From Intoshia linei (lineage: Eukaryota > Animalia > Orthonectida): a stretch of 48,811 nt of DNA. The notes beneath the pieces are model-generated. The model saw only the letters and a list, made by a program, of their open reading frames with translations, ran no database searches and had not been told where the DNA came from. Each line of letters opens with the position of its first letter. Position 1 is the stretch's first letter. The position numbers and the translations under genes are program-made. Where the stretch lies: NCBI GenBank assembly GCA_001642005.1, contig LWCA01000135.1:1-48811 (forward strand), written 5' to 3'. Shown here piece by piece: positions 13,101 through 24,300 of this stretch.

Positions 13101-16100
13101 GGTAAAGATTGAAAATCCATTTAATGAAAATATACCCAATAATCTGTGGCAAAATATGGTTTATCTCAACAAAAATCTTTTAATGTTTAAAAACATTCAC
13201 CTATCAATTCTAATGAAAAACATTGCAATTACTTTAGGAAATAAAACGGTAATGGTTAATAAAAAATGTCTTTACGGTAGATAACTTACCGGTTTATAAG
13301 AAAAAATGTTTTTTTGAAAAAATTATGAAGAAATCGCCCTACCTCTTTGAAAACCTCGTTGATTTCCACTTTACTTATGAAATTATAATACATTTTAGTT
13401 ATTATATTAACATTATAATATTAAAATATAAATAAATTGATACATTTTAGACAATTGTTAATTCATTCTTAAAAGATATTGATTTATCTGGAAATGACAA
13501 CATTTTAGAAATTATAAATAAAGATAAATCGGAAATTATGTTTGATTTTGATGAAAGTTTGTCATTATTCCAAAAATTGTTGCTTATTCGCTGTTTGGAT
13601 AAGAAATATGTAATTTTATTCTTAATCAATTCGACGTAAGAAAAACTTTTTTATAAAAAATAAAAAAATTTATGTATTTATGGGATTATAAATTACACAG
13701 GTTACAACAGCAGTTCCCAATATACCGCAAAGTTAGTACCCCTACACTGAAATTTTTGTCCACCATATGAATTAAAAAAATTTTATTAAGAATTTTAAAT
13801 TGTTAAAACTCTACTTCACCAAAAATGGATATCTGAAAAATTGTTAATTATTATACTGACGAAATAGAGACTTACAATATACGTCGTACATATATCTAAT
13901 ATTCACTCTTAAAGTCGCAGAGAATATTAAATAGATGTAAAGTCATAGTATCAGACGAGCTGGTGCCTCAAAATAATTTCTGCGATCGCCTAGCGGACTC
14001 AGTACCCCATTTTATACCGCTAGGTTACAGGTAATTTGAATAATTTTTGGCAAGTAAAAGTTTCTTTTGATAAACTGATTGAGAAAAATTTATTTTTTAC
14101 GCACCTGACAATTCTCATAAAAATTTAGTTTTTCAATTAAATTTTTAAAGATGCAAAAGAATATATAAATTTTTCAATTTTTTTTTGACTTTGAAAACAT
14201 CCTTATGTCCAGTTTTTTAACGTTTGTATTAATACATTTTTATAAAAAAGAAAATTTAATAAAAAAAATCAAAATATTTTGCACCGTACCGACTAATATC
14301 GGCACCCTGTTTGATGAACACTGGCGCAATGTATATAATGTTAAATTTTAATATCATACATAGGTTGTTGGAGGATCTGTTGAACTTGTTAAATTGCGAA
14401 TAGGTTCACAGTTTATCGAAAGTCCTCCAAGTAATATGCAAACATTATATCAAGATTTAAATAAAATTAGACCACTAATTTTCATACTTAGTCCTGGGTC
14501 AGGTAATGCTTTTGATATTGTTTTACTTATTATTAGAATATTTAAATTCTAGGAATCTTCATTTTTTTCATTTTTCAAAATACGGATAATTTATGGTTTT
14601 ATGGTATCTCAGAGCATGGGTTAACTAAGGATGCCAAACCGGTTTTTTGGTGCCAGAAAATTTTTGAATTATTTTACAGCTATATTTTTTAAATTTGAAT
14701 TAAGTTTCCATAATAAAGTTAAATTGTATATATTAAATATGGGTGTATGTTGTATGTATTAAATATTTTAATATGTATATTGATGTCCACTTTTCTTTAT
14801 TATAAAAATCCATTTTGCACGTGGATGCTTTTTTTGATTTTAATAAATATAAAAATGATAATAACAAAGTTGTATTAATTTTAGTAATTCGTTGTTGTAG
14901 TTTTAATTTAAATTTTAAACAAAATATTTCGAAAATGAAAATTTGAGATTTGAGAATTGCGTAGCAATGAAAAAAATTCCGAAGGAATGAATTATATAGA
15001 TTTTCACCCATATTTCTTTATTGAAAATATATAGACGTTCAATGCACATTTTTTTTGAAATTGTAGGATCAATATTTACATTTTTAATTTTTATTTTAAT
15101 CGAAATATTTGAAAAATATTGGTTAATAATATATTAAAAATTATTTTTCACCGAGATGTGTAAATTTCTGGGGTTGAAATTTTGTATTTACATCAACTGG
15201 AATAAGCTCTATCAGAATAATCTTTTTTTTAATTTTCGGACCCTTCATTATTTCACATTTTTTGTTTTAATTAAATAGTTTCGAAATAAAAAAAATGAAT
15301 ACTAAAATGTTTTTTTGACCGTGAAGGCGTTACTTCTTCAGATTGAAATTTTTTTAAATTCTAGGGCTGTTTTCATTAAAAAAAGAAGGGTAATTTGTGG
15401 TTTTGGCTCCTGAAGATATTTATTTTAAATTTAAATTTATGATATTGTTTATGATTTTAAAATCCGTATTAGAGTATATATTTTTTTAAATTATCGAATT
15501 CGTTTGATTTTCAAAAAAATTGGACAATTGTGCTTTTTGACCCGTAAGATATGAGATTGGGGTGTTGAAATTTATCTTAATAACACCCGGAAAAAACTGT
15601 AATAGAAATGTGGACTTTATAAAATTCTAAGACTGGTAGTTATTGAAATAAACGATAACACACACAAAGACAAACAAAGCATATTGTACAAATGTAAATT
15701 GTATATGTAAGGATTTTTATTATTATTATATAATTAGACCCAATGAGTGGTTTAATGCGATTTGCAAAAGACATGTCATATGAACACAGGTAAAAATATA
15801 AATTAAAATGATAAAATGATAAATAGAGTTCATGCAATTTCTTTGGGTCAAGGCCAAGGTCCAATTGCTGAAAAAATAATAAACAGTTCAGCTGAAAATG
15901 GAGATTGGGTATATTTACAAAATTGTCATTTGGCAGCATCTTGGATGATTTCAATGGAAAATTTAATAAAAAATCAATCTGAAAATCCAGAAAATATCAA
16001 TGAAGATTTTAGACTATTTTTAAGTTCCATGCCGAGTCCTTGTTTCCCAATAAGTGTTTTACAAAATGGAGCTAAAGTAACTAACGAACCACCAAAAGGC

Positions 16101-19100
16101 ATCAAAGCTAACATGCGAAAAGCTTTTAATGAATTGACTGTCGCCTTCTTTGAAGAAAACGGTAATGATTCACATTCCATCTAAATACTAATTATTAAAA
16201 CCAAAAAGTCAGCATTTGAATAAAAAAAATATATTTAATTTTTTAGCACTTGGATTACCCTGGCGTAAAATTATCAGCTCAATTTGTTTTTTTCATTCAG
16301 TTATCCTGGAAAGAAAAAAGTTTGGTCCAATAGGATGGAATATCAAGGTATTATAATGAAATAGTGTAATCATTACGTATTGGTATTGGCATTCTTTGCG
16401 TACATTAGACCCAGTGACGGGTAAAAGTTGAGCCGATATGCCTCAGGCTTTTCAATCACTTTAAGTTTTTTAATCCCTATAGAAAATATCGAAATTGATT
16501 TCAAACATACGTTTACCAAATACAATGTACTATCAAAATTTTCTCAACTACCCATTCAATTCAACTTGATTACAAATTAAAAATGTGTATGTTTAGTACG
16601 AATTCAACGACAGTGATAGAGAAACGGCTCTACTCAATTTTGAAATGTTTTGCGGTGATTCAATAAAATGGGACGCATTAACCTATATAACTGGAGAAAT
16701 CACATATGGTGGCCGTGTAACCGACTATTGGGATCAAAGATGCTTAACTACAATTTTAACAAATTTTTTCAATAAAAATTGCATAAAGTCCGATTACAAA
16801 TTTTCAAAATCTGGGATTTATTATGGTAAATGCATATAAAAATTAATATACCCTGTATAGCACCAAACGTCGCTACCATTAATGAAAATATAGACTATAT
16901 AGAAAATCTACCTATAACAGACGATCCTGAAATATTTTCAATGCATGATAATGCAAATATTATTTATCAGGTTTTTTTATATCATGCAGTTTTATTTTTA
17001 AAATAAATTCAATTAAAAAAATCTACTAGTTTTGTTAATATTAAAAGGTTTAGATTAGTAATAATTTTATTATAATAATTATTTCATTATATTTTATTTT
17101 TTATATATTCACATTAAAATGTTATATTTCTCTTAAAATTATTAATTATGAATTTAATATATTAGATACAAGAAGCTAATCGTTTACTGAACGCCATCAT
17201 AAGTTTATCACCTCAAATTGGTAGTTCAGTGACAGGCCAATCAAATGAAGAAATTGTATATTCAAAATGCGAAAGTTTTCAAGAAAGAATACCACAATTA
17301 ATTAATAAAGAAACTATACGACCTGAATACTTTAATGTAATTATATAAATTTATGGTATCTGAACCTGTCTGCGATAATCAAAAACCTTTTCACTAAATA
17401 ATTATTATCATTAAATTTGCCATTTCTTTTTTTTTTATTATTTTTTTTACTTTTTAGGCACTATCGGAACTTTTTATGGGAATGACCCGGTGGGGAATAT
17501 TAATATTCCTATTCATAAATACTGTTATATTACATTGTTAGACCGATGCAAAAGATCGAATTAGTTCAATTACCACTGTGTTGTTACAAGAAACTGATAG
17601 ATATAATAATTTGCTTTCACTGATTCACGTAATATTTATTAATGGGTATATATTTAAAGTATCAATGAATACTGTTCAGTGTCGTCGAAGTCGAAGTGAA
17701 CCCTAAAATTTGCAGTATGTTTTATCATTGATTGAGACATTTTTTAATAATTTGTTTTATTTAAGCTGAGAGCGGTTTTTAAAGGTTAAACTTGAACCAT
17801 ACTTATTACATATTTTCAGATTATAATTTAATTTACATATTAAAATAGTCCATTTTTATATTTAGCCCTATTCCGGTAAGTAGGATTTTTACACGAAACA
17901 CAATTCATTCATCACCTCAAAAATATATTTGATGTAATTCTTTATATTATAATACTAGCTTGACTGTTATGTACTTCGTACCAACAGCATCCTAGCTCTG
18001 CCGAGGGTAAACTTTTTTAATTCTAACAAAAATTAAATTCGATAATATAATCTTATTAACAAGTATATTAACTAAATTAGTAAATTTAAGTGAATTATTC
18101 CCACTTAATTTTATTTTGTTAACATCTGTGTAAACAATTATAAAAAAAATTTTATGATGCCATCTTTTTAATATATTAATACCGGTATTGTCTTTTTCAA
18201 TGTGACGATATATATTCAGTATCTGCTTTCGATGAGTAAAAATTATCAATTTTGTATCAATAATTAACGGAATCAGCACTTTAAAAACATATTTAAGGTG
18301 AATTTTACCAACATTGTAATAAATATAAAAATTAAAATAACAAAGTTCTACTTATAGTATTTCGTTGTTGTAGTATTAGACTAAAATTTAGTACAATGTA
18401 ATTTTAATTTTTTTGAAAATGAGTATTTAAAAATGAAAAATTGCGTAGCAATGAAAAATATTGCGAAGGAATGAATTAAATAAATTTTCACCCATATTTC
18501 TTTATTGGAAATGTATAGACGTTCAATGCACATTTTTTTTGAAATTGTAGGATCAATATTTACATTTTTATTTTTGATTTTTAATTGCATATTTGAAAAA
18601 TAATAGTTGAAAACATATTCAAAATTATTTTTCACCGGAATGCGTAGATTTCTGAGGTTGAAATTTTCTATTTATATCAACTAGAATAAGCTCTATCAGA
18701 ATAATTTTTTTTTTAATTTTCGGACCCTTCATTATTTCACATTTTTTGTTTTAATTAAATAGTTTTGAAATAAAAAAATGAATACTAAACTGTTTTTTTG
18801 ACCGTGTAGGCGTCACTTTGCAAAATTGAAATTTTTTGTGTGTGTTAACAGTATATAACTGTGTCATCTAAAATTATCATGCAATTTTTTTTATAATTTT
18901 AGGGTTGTTTTAATTTTAAAAAAAAGGGTAATCTGAGGTTTCATCGTGAAAATTATTTTTTTTGAGGTTACCATTTATGATAATGTTCGTGATTTTAAAA
19001 TTGTATCAGTGTATATTTTTTTAAATTTTAGGACTCAGTTGATTTTTAAAAAAAGGATAATTGTGATTTTTGATTTTGAAGAACTCAATTTACAAAAATG

Positions 19101-20845
19101 AAATTTGTGATAAAACTTCACTTTTAAAAATATACAAAATAAATGTATGTATGTCTGACATACGTACATTTTTAGCTAAATATTTATAAAAAGTAAGGGT
19201 GTCGTCAATGACTACTATTCATAAAATTTCATATTTAATAAGGTTTATTATTATTAACTTAATCTTTTGTAGAAAACATTAGCCGACTTGAAAAAGGCAA
19301 TAAAAGGATTATTAGTGATGGATACTAAATTGTATGATATATTTATGTCATTCATTAACAATAAATTACCTAAACTATGGGCTGATAATGCTTACCCTTC
19401 AATGATGAATTTAAACACGTGGGTTTTTGATCTAATGATGCGTTGCAATTTTATACAAAACTGGATAGATGTTACAATACCAAAGTCGTTTTGGATATCT
19501 GGATTTTTCTATCCACAAGGTAAATGTGTTTTATTTATTAGATTTATAGGTACGCACGATCCGAACCTAAATTTCAAAAATTGCTTTAACACGGTTCAAA
19601 GCATAAATCTAAATTCATCCATAACAGTAATTCACTAACTGATATTTATCTAAGTCATAATATTTTTTCTAGTGATATATATTTTTGATCCTTTATCGTA
19701 TGTTTAAAAATAAACTTTTTCGTATTTTGGTCGTATTCTTCATTAAAAAAACCCTTTTCGTATTTTGGTCTCATTATTCATATAAATTATTTGAAAAAAT
19801 TTTGAATTCACTTACATATCGTAACGTATTGGCTGAAATTTACTGATTTCATGAATACGTATATACGTGTAAACGTAAAAACGAAATTTGCTTATTTATT
19901 ATTACATCTTTGAGGAATTGACGTAATATGGTAAAATATATCAAAAAATAAAATTAAATCATCCTAATTATTAAACAATTAATGTAAAAAACCCTTCTAT
20001 TTTCTGTTGATCAAAAAACCCCTTTCGTAGTTTTCTTAAAAAAATCCATGGAAAATAAAAAATTAAAGTAAAATCTTTTATAAAATGGTGGAATGGATCA
20101 ATTTCGTGAAAATAAATTTACATGTACATGTATTACATTGTACATTGTATATGTAAAATGGATAAATTTCGTGAAATTGAGTTTACTTGTATATGTGGAA
20201 TACATTTCTCAAAGGGTTAAACTACATGACCAAAGTTGGGAAATTATGTTAGAAAAAACCTTATCGTTCATCACTTTTAGATTAAATTGATGTGGTTATT
20301 AATTATAATTAAATTATATTTACTAATACATAATATTTACTAATACATAATATTTAGGATTCCTCACAGCTTTGTTACAAAATTATGGTCGAAAATATTC
20401 ATATCCCATTGATCATTTATCTTTTCATTACAAAATACTCAAAATATATAGAAATCACCGAGATGTATATGAATCATCACTAACTCTCAAATATGGTGAT
20501 ACTTTGCCGATGGACGAACAAATTGAAGTACCAAATGATGGAGTTTTGATTCATGGTTTATTTATGGATGGTTTCAGATGGAATAACAAAAAAGGTAGAG
20601 TAGAAGATTGTTTAATGGGAGAAATTATATCATCTTTACCTATTGTACATATGGAACCTCGTATGGATTATAAACCTGTAAAAAATGTATACAGAGCTCC
20701 ACTTTACAAAACCTCTGCACGATATGGTGTGCTTACTACCACAGGTCACTCATCAAACTTTGTAGTAGTGATAAATCTCCCAACAAATCACAGTTCAGAT
20801 TATTGGATACTTAAAGGTGCAGCATTGTTGTGTCAAAAAGAATAA
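1141..20845 (+). CDS. DNAH6: Axonemal inner-arm dynein heavy chain, DNAH6-like; 5'-partial, ~2005 C-terminal aa (AAA3, AAA4, stalk/MTBD, AAA5, AAA6, C-terminal domain)
   Basis: 34 phase-consistent GT-AG exons: 1141-1298, 1403-1537, 1601-1772, 1825-1988, 2454-2582, 3262-3422, 4233-4383, 4437-4618, 5612-5798, 5851-6005, 6056-6117, 6153-6397, 6455-6564, 6623-6816, 6863-6914, 7212-7449, 7486-7641, 7681-8013, 9936-10108, 11517-11697, 11748-12034, 12931-13057, 13102-13248, 13451-13609, 14364-14502, 15738-15789, 15827-16161, 16247-16347, 16597-16825, 16861-16970, 17166-17336, 17542-17628, 19273-19519, 20358-20845 (TAA). Dynein motifs seen: [47 protein letters not shown] (AAA4 P-loop), [33 protein letters not shown]. 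The stretches [15 protein letters not shown] and C-terminal [20 protein letters not shown] match my recollection of DNAH6; paralog assignment needs a tree. Confidence 0.93.
2029..2336 (-). mobile_element. Non-autonomous Helitron family copy, diverged and internally deleted
   Basis: Begins a|CTAGcttgactgttatgtactt, the reverse complement of the family 3' end. Ends near an acacacagac microsatellite; the right boundary is approximate. Confidence 0.6.
2740..3234 (-). mobile_element. Non-autonomous Helitron copy with both termini (A|TC...CTAG|T) and an internal deletion
   Basis: The + strand reads a|ctagcttg...acacacacagacacacacaaac...gcatattatataaattagga|t. There is no TSD. It contains a ~50-55 bp internal triplication at ~2895-3050. 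Confidence 0.75.
3470..3690 (-). mobile_element. Helitron family internal fragment
   Basis: Shares aactcgtttgattttcaaaaaaaggacaattggg...cacccggaaaaaactgtaattgaaatgtg...aagactggtagttatt with 2740-3234 and 15480-15640. Confidence 0.65.
4670..5020 (-). mobile_element. Helitron family internal fragment, diverged
   Basis: Shares ttttgaccgtgaaggcgt and aaggtaatttgtggtttt with the other copies; boundaries approximate. Confidence 0.55.
5092..5568. mobile_element. Foldback/MITE-like element with ~23-bp TIRs and an internal ~36-bp minisatellite in both orientations
   Basis: TATA|TGTTGCATATAATGTGTACAACTG ... CAGTTTTACACATTCTATACAACA|TATA. The internal unit aaagtttggttcaaaaaataatcttaaaaacccct is reversed at ~5220-5300 and forward about six times at ~5330-5540. 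Confidence 0.7.
8492..9070 (-). mobile_element. Helitron family copy, 3' part with terminal hairpin and CTAG
   Basis: a|ctagcttgactgttatgtatttcgtacaaacagcatcctagctct; colinear with the copy at 31813-33060. Confidence 0.8.
9170..9720 (+). mobile_element. Helitron family internal fragment, opposite orientation to the adjacent copy
   Basis: attctgatagagcttattccagttgatata...cattcccggtgaaaaataatttttaatatattatcaacc, colinear with 45300-45600. Confidence 0.75.
10164..11475. mobile_element. Degenerate pogo/Tigger-like (Tc1/mariner) element carrying a nested foldback
   Basis: Left end TA|TAGTATAACCCCATTTTGGGGC versus reverse-complemented right end TA|CAGTCCGACCCCGATTTGGGCG. The subterminal aaaa(g)gtgccaca motif occurs near both ends. 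Confidence 0.45.
10621..10990. repeat. Long inverted repeat (foldback element), ~130-140 bp arms with ~100 bp spacer
   Basis: attattactgtttttcctcagttgtaata pairs with tattactacggaggaaaaaatagtaataat. ttaaagatggtagaacaataataaatatcttgggcgtatcaaattt pairs with aaattagatacgctctcgatatttattattgttctaccagctttaa. Confidence 0.8.
14843..15713 (-). mobile_element. Helitron family copy, 5' part with TC terminus
   Basis: Ends ...acacacaaagacaaacaaagcatatt...atgtaagga|t; it is the reverse-complement counterpart of 44886-45680. Confidence 0.8.
17955..19130 (-). mobile_element. Helitron family copy with intact 3' hairpin and CTAG
   Basis: a|ctagcttgaCTGTTatGTACttcGTACcAACAGcatcctagctct; the body is shared with the copies at 14843-15713 and 31813-33710. 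Confidence 0.8.
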
Positions 20846-21358
20846 AAAATTAAATTAAATATATTAATATATAAACATATTTCCAAATTTAAACGTAAAG
20901 GAAAAATCTACTTTTATCAAATCTTTATAAAAAAAGTCACGCTTAGAGTTTAAAGAAAATGGATTTTCATGGATAGCGATGGTACATCTTTTAAATTAGT
21001 GTTCATTTTTAGTGATACCCAAACATTTAGAAATTCTTGTTTCATACTTATTTTACCCAAAAATCGAGTTAAGATCTATCCCATCAGTTCAAAATTTGCA
21101 TTAAAAATTTATTTTTTTGTGAAATTTAAGTCTAAAAAATTAAAATTATCTTGCCACTAACAGACCACTCTTAGATGCTAGGATTTAGAAATAATGCCTA
21201 ATTAAAAATAACCACAGCGCATCACCAAAAAGTTAATTTTTGATTGAAAACTTATGCATTCCTAATTTTTCTGAATATTTCACCATTTCGATATTATATT
21301 TATTGATGTGAGTTTAAAATTTCATTACATTTATTTACAAATATAGGAAAGATAATTT

Positions 21359-24300
21359 TTACATTTCAATTGGCTTAATAAAATTTTTATATGAAATAAC
21401 ATCATTAGGTGGGAGAATGATATTCTTTTGAAAGTTTGTTACAAAATTGATAAACTAAAAATAAATTAACAAAAAAAGGTTATAATAATAAAAATACCTT
21501 TACAATATATTTATCAACAATAGTTTGAGATGCTTTGTTATCTTGGTTAACTTTAGATTTTATCAAATGAGTTATATTTTCAAATGATTTATACTGTTCG
21601 TAACTTGCAAATACCTCCAGTCTATTAGTTTGTGGAAATTTGGTATTGTCCCGATAATTATCATAAAATTGATGACATTTCCTACAATTTAGAATTTAGC
21701 TAAAAAAATCAAATATTACTTATCATTTAACCCAAAGCTATTGAGTAAATACTGCTTTACCAGAAATATAATTAAAATAAACTGGCTGTCTTGAATCAAC
21801 GTAATCATATCATTAATATTGCGTTTACATTTACCTAAAAGTAGAATTTATTAACATTATAATAAAAAAACAAAAAAACCTGATATGTCTTTCAAAAAAA
21901 TAGCATCAGTGTTAAAATCATAAGAATCATCAAAATAACACTAAATAGTAAAAAATAAGAATATATATTTGACAGTTATATGTAATATTTGTATTTTTTT
22001 ATTTGTAATAATTAGCGGACGATTTTACAATAATTACGTCGAGAACCCCGGATTGTGGTCTCGTATGGTAGGTTCGTTTCTGGATACTTTAGTCAATTTT
22101 TTTATTTATTTTTGTTAAAAACGTACCTTAAATCTCACTTTTTTTGGGTATATTAGTAATAAAACCCTAAAAAAAATAAAATTTTAAAAACCTGCCGTAC
22201 ATATTTTTTCTTCAATCATGCATTTCGGATGAAGGAATAGTTCCGAAACTTATTTTACCAAATAATCTCACTCTTAATCAATAAATCTCACTTTTTTGGT
22301 GTATTATAATAAAATTAACCCTAAAAAATCGCTTGACAATAAAGATTAAAATATACCCCAATAAACTCCTTTATAAAATTTTTTAACCAAAATTACCCTA
22401 AATCAGCATTTTCCAACAGTTTAACTCTTTGCCGTGAATGTTTAAAAATATTTTGACGATATTTTGATTTTGACGGACCACAATAAACTGGTAATGTAAA
22501 ATATACACTGTATATTAAAATTTAACACAGTGGTTCTCAATATGGATCAAATTGCTCCTTGGCAGAGCTTTTTCGAAATATTACATAAAAATTTAATTTT
22601 TATCATTTTGTACATATTTATCCATAACCGAAACTATCATTCTCTAGTCGAGCGTGTCGGTCCCAAATGACGGTGCGCGAATCCGTATATGTCAGTGATG
22701 GCAACACTTTTCAGTTGTGTCAAAAAAAATTTTTGCTGTTTTATTTTTGCCACCACTGGTATAGTTCTTGAAATGATTTACCGCTTCATGGTGAAAAATG
22801 TGTTAGAACCCCTACTCTAACCCACCCAGAATATCAAAAATGGGCATTAAATAATTTCAAACGATACAGAATGTTATATACTACTAGCCAATTCTTTTTC
22901 AGCTTTTTTATATGCTCAATTTGGAAAAAAAAACTCCCATTCAAAGAAAATTTCGTTTGATTCCCCGAAAGAGTCTCGATACGGTAGATTCGGCGCTGGT
23001 ATCGTCGCGTGAACCAATAATGGGCCGAGTCAGAATAATGGCGTAGGCCCTTATATAAATAAAAAAATTTGGTTCCTTTATACATTGATTAATCATTGGT
23101 TGACAAATTTTTTTTTCAATGTAACCATGCAGGAATAAAAATATTTCGCTCCCTAGAAAAAGATTTTTCTAATATTACTTATTCATTTAAAAGTGTATAC
23201 CCCTCATATGATCCCTAATCCCCTCTTCACAACACTTCTATAATACCGGCAAACGGGAAACGCTTCCCTACAATTTGGGGGCCAAAATAACCTAAAAACG
23301 ATAATAATAAAAGTAGAAATCTCTTTAATAATATAAACCTTTCCCATTGTATCGACCATGGTTAAAGACGGAGCATTGCTAAGATTGTCCAATTTAAAAA
23401 GAATGGCAACAACATCTTCAATATAACTAATTTGCAAATAAACAAAAATTTCTAAAACAAAAATTTTGTAATCAACATCTTGAGTATTTTCCAATGTAGA
23501 TGAAATTAAATTAATAACAACTTGTCGAGATTTTTTTGATTTATGAATAGTAAAAAGAGTACTTAAATTTAATCTAGAAATTTCACAGTATTTTACAAAA
23601 GTAGGTACATTATTATTTTCAATCAATAATTTTAATTTGCAAGATATTTGCAATGCACTAGCAATATCGGATGGATTAATATTTGGGTATTTTTTGTAAG
23701 CATCACAAACTAATTTAGTGGATTTAGTACGTGTATTTTCGTCTAAATCTGTAAGCATAGCCAAAAAAAGTGGTAAAACTTTAGAAGGATACACCATACC
23801 AGATATCCAAAGATTTGAAAATATGTCAAAACATTTTTTGCGAATTTCATCATTAGAAGTAATGACGACTTTAGATATGATTGATAAATAAGTTTGTACA
23901 ATTGTTTCAATAACCATTTGATAAGTATCACTACTATAAGATTCCAATTCTTTGCAAATTATGGCTTTTTGTTCAATTTTTTGATTCTTTTTTATACTTG
24001 GCGGAATAATTTTATCCCTTTCTTCAGAGGTACTAGTACAGATAATTAAAATTTCTTTAATATTATCCAACACTGCACAATTGACATCTTGAGAATTTTG
24101 TTCCATAATTTTTACAATTTTTGCACTATTTAGATTATCAATTTCATGAAATGTTAGGCAATTAATGTACAATTTTCGAATGCTTTCTAGATTGAAATGA
24201 TCGATATACCGATTAACGAATCCTCCCAAACCATACAAGGCTATTTTTCGCACATCTACATTGTTCTGTTGACTGCACAAAAGCATTAAATTATCAAACA

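Noticed and set aside
14733-18635. Short ORFs in repeats (14733-15011, 17992-18279, 18381-18635; also 27591-27830, 44878-45069) as a small-protein family
   Set aside because: They are F/I/K/N-rich chance frames in non-coding Helitron copies, and the frames are not conserved between copies.
1141-20845. Fragmented dynein ORFs as a pseudogene or as evidence of an alternative genetic code
   Set aside because: Every break is explained by a canonical GT-AG intron with consistent phase, and the spliced frame has no internal stop.
19546-22130. Possible Kolobok-like ends (ggtacgcacgatccgaacct; gtaggttcg...cgtacc|ttaa; also ~12690)
   Set aside because: Too degraded to pair termini or define boundaries by eye.
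22640-23050. GC-richer patches as tRNA or other ncRNA genes
   Set aside because: No cloverleaf or A/B boxes are visible. 22915-22998 resembles 9810-9903 and ends in an hAT-like terminus, so it is more likely TE debris.
23204-23338. 3' tail of the 1224-aa ORF (VYIIKEIS...RGLGII) as the NIPBL C-terminus
   Set aside because: It is read-through past the AAG|GTTTAT donor; Nipped-B_C-like sequence continues in the exons at 21940-21359.
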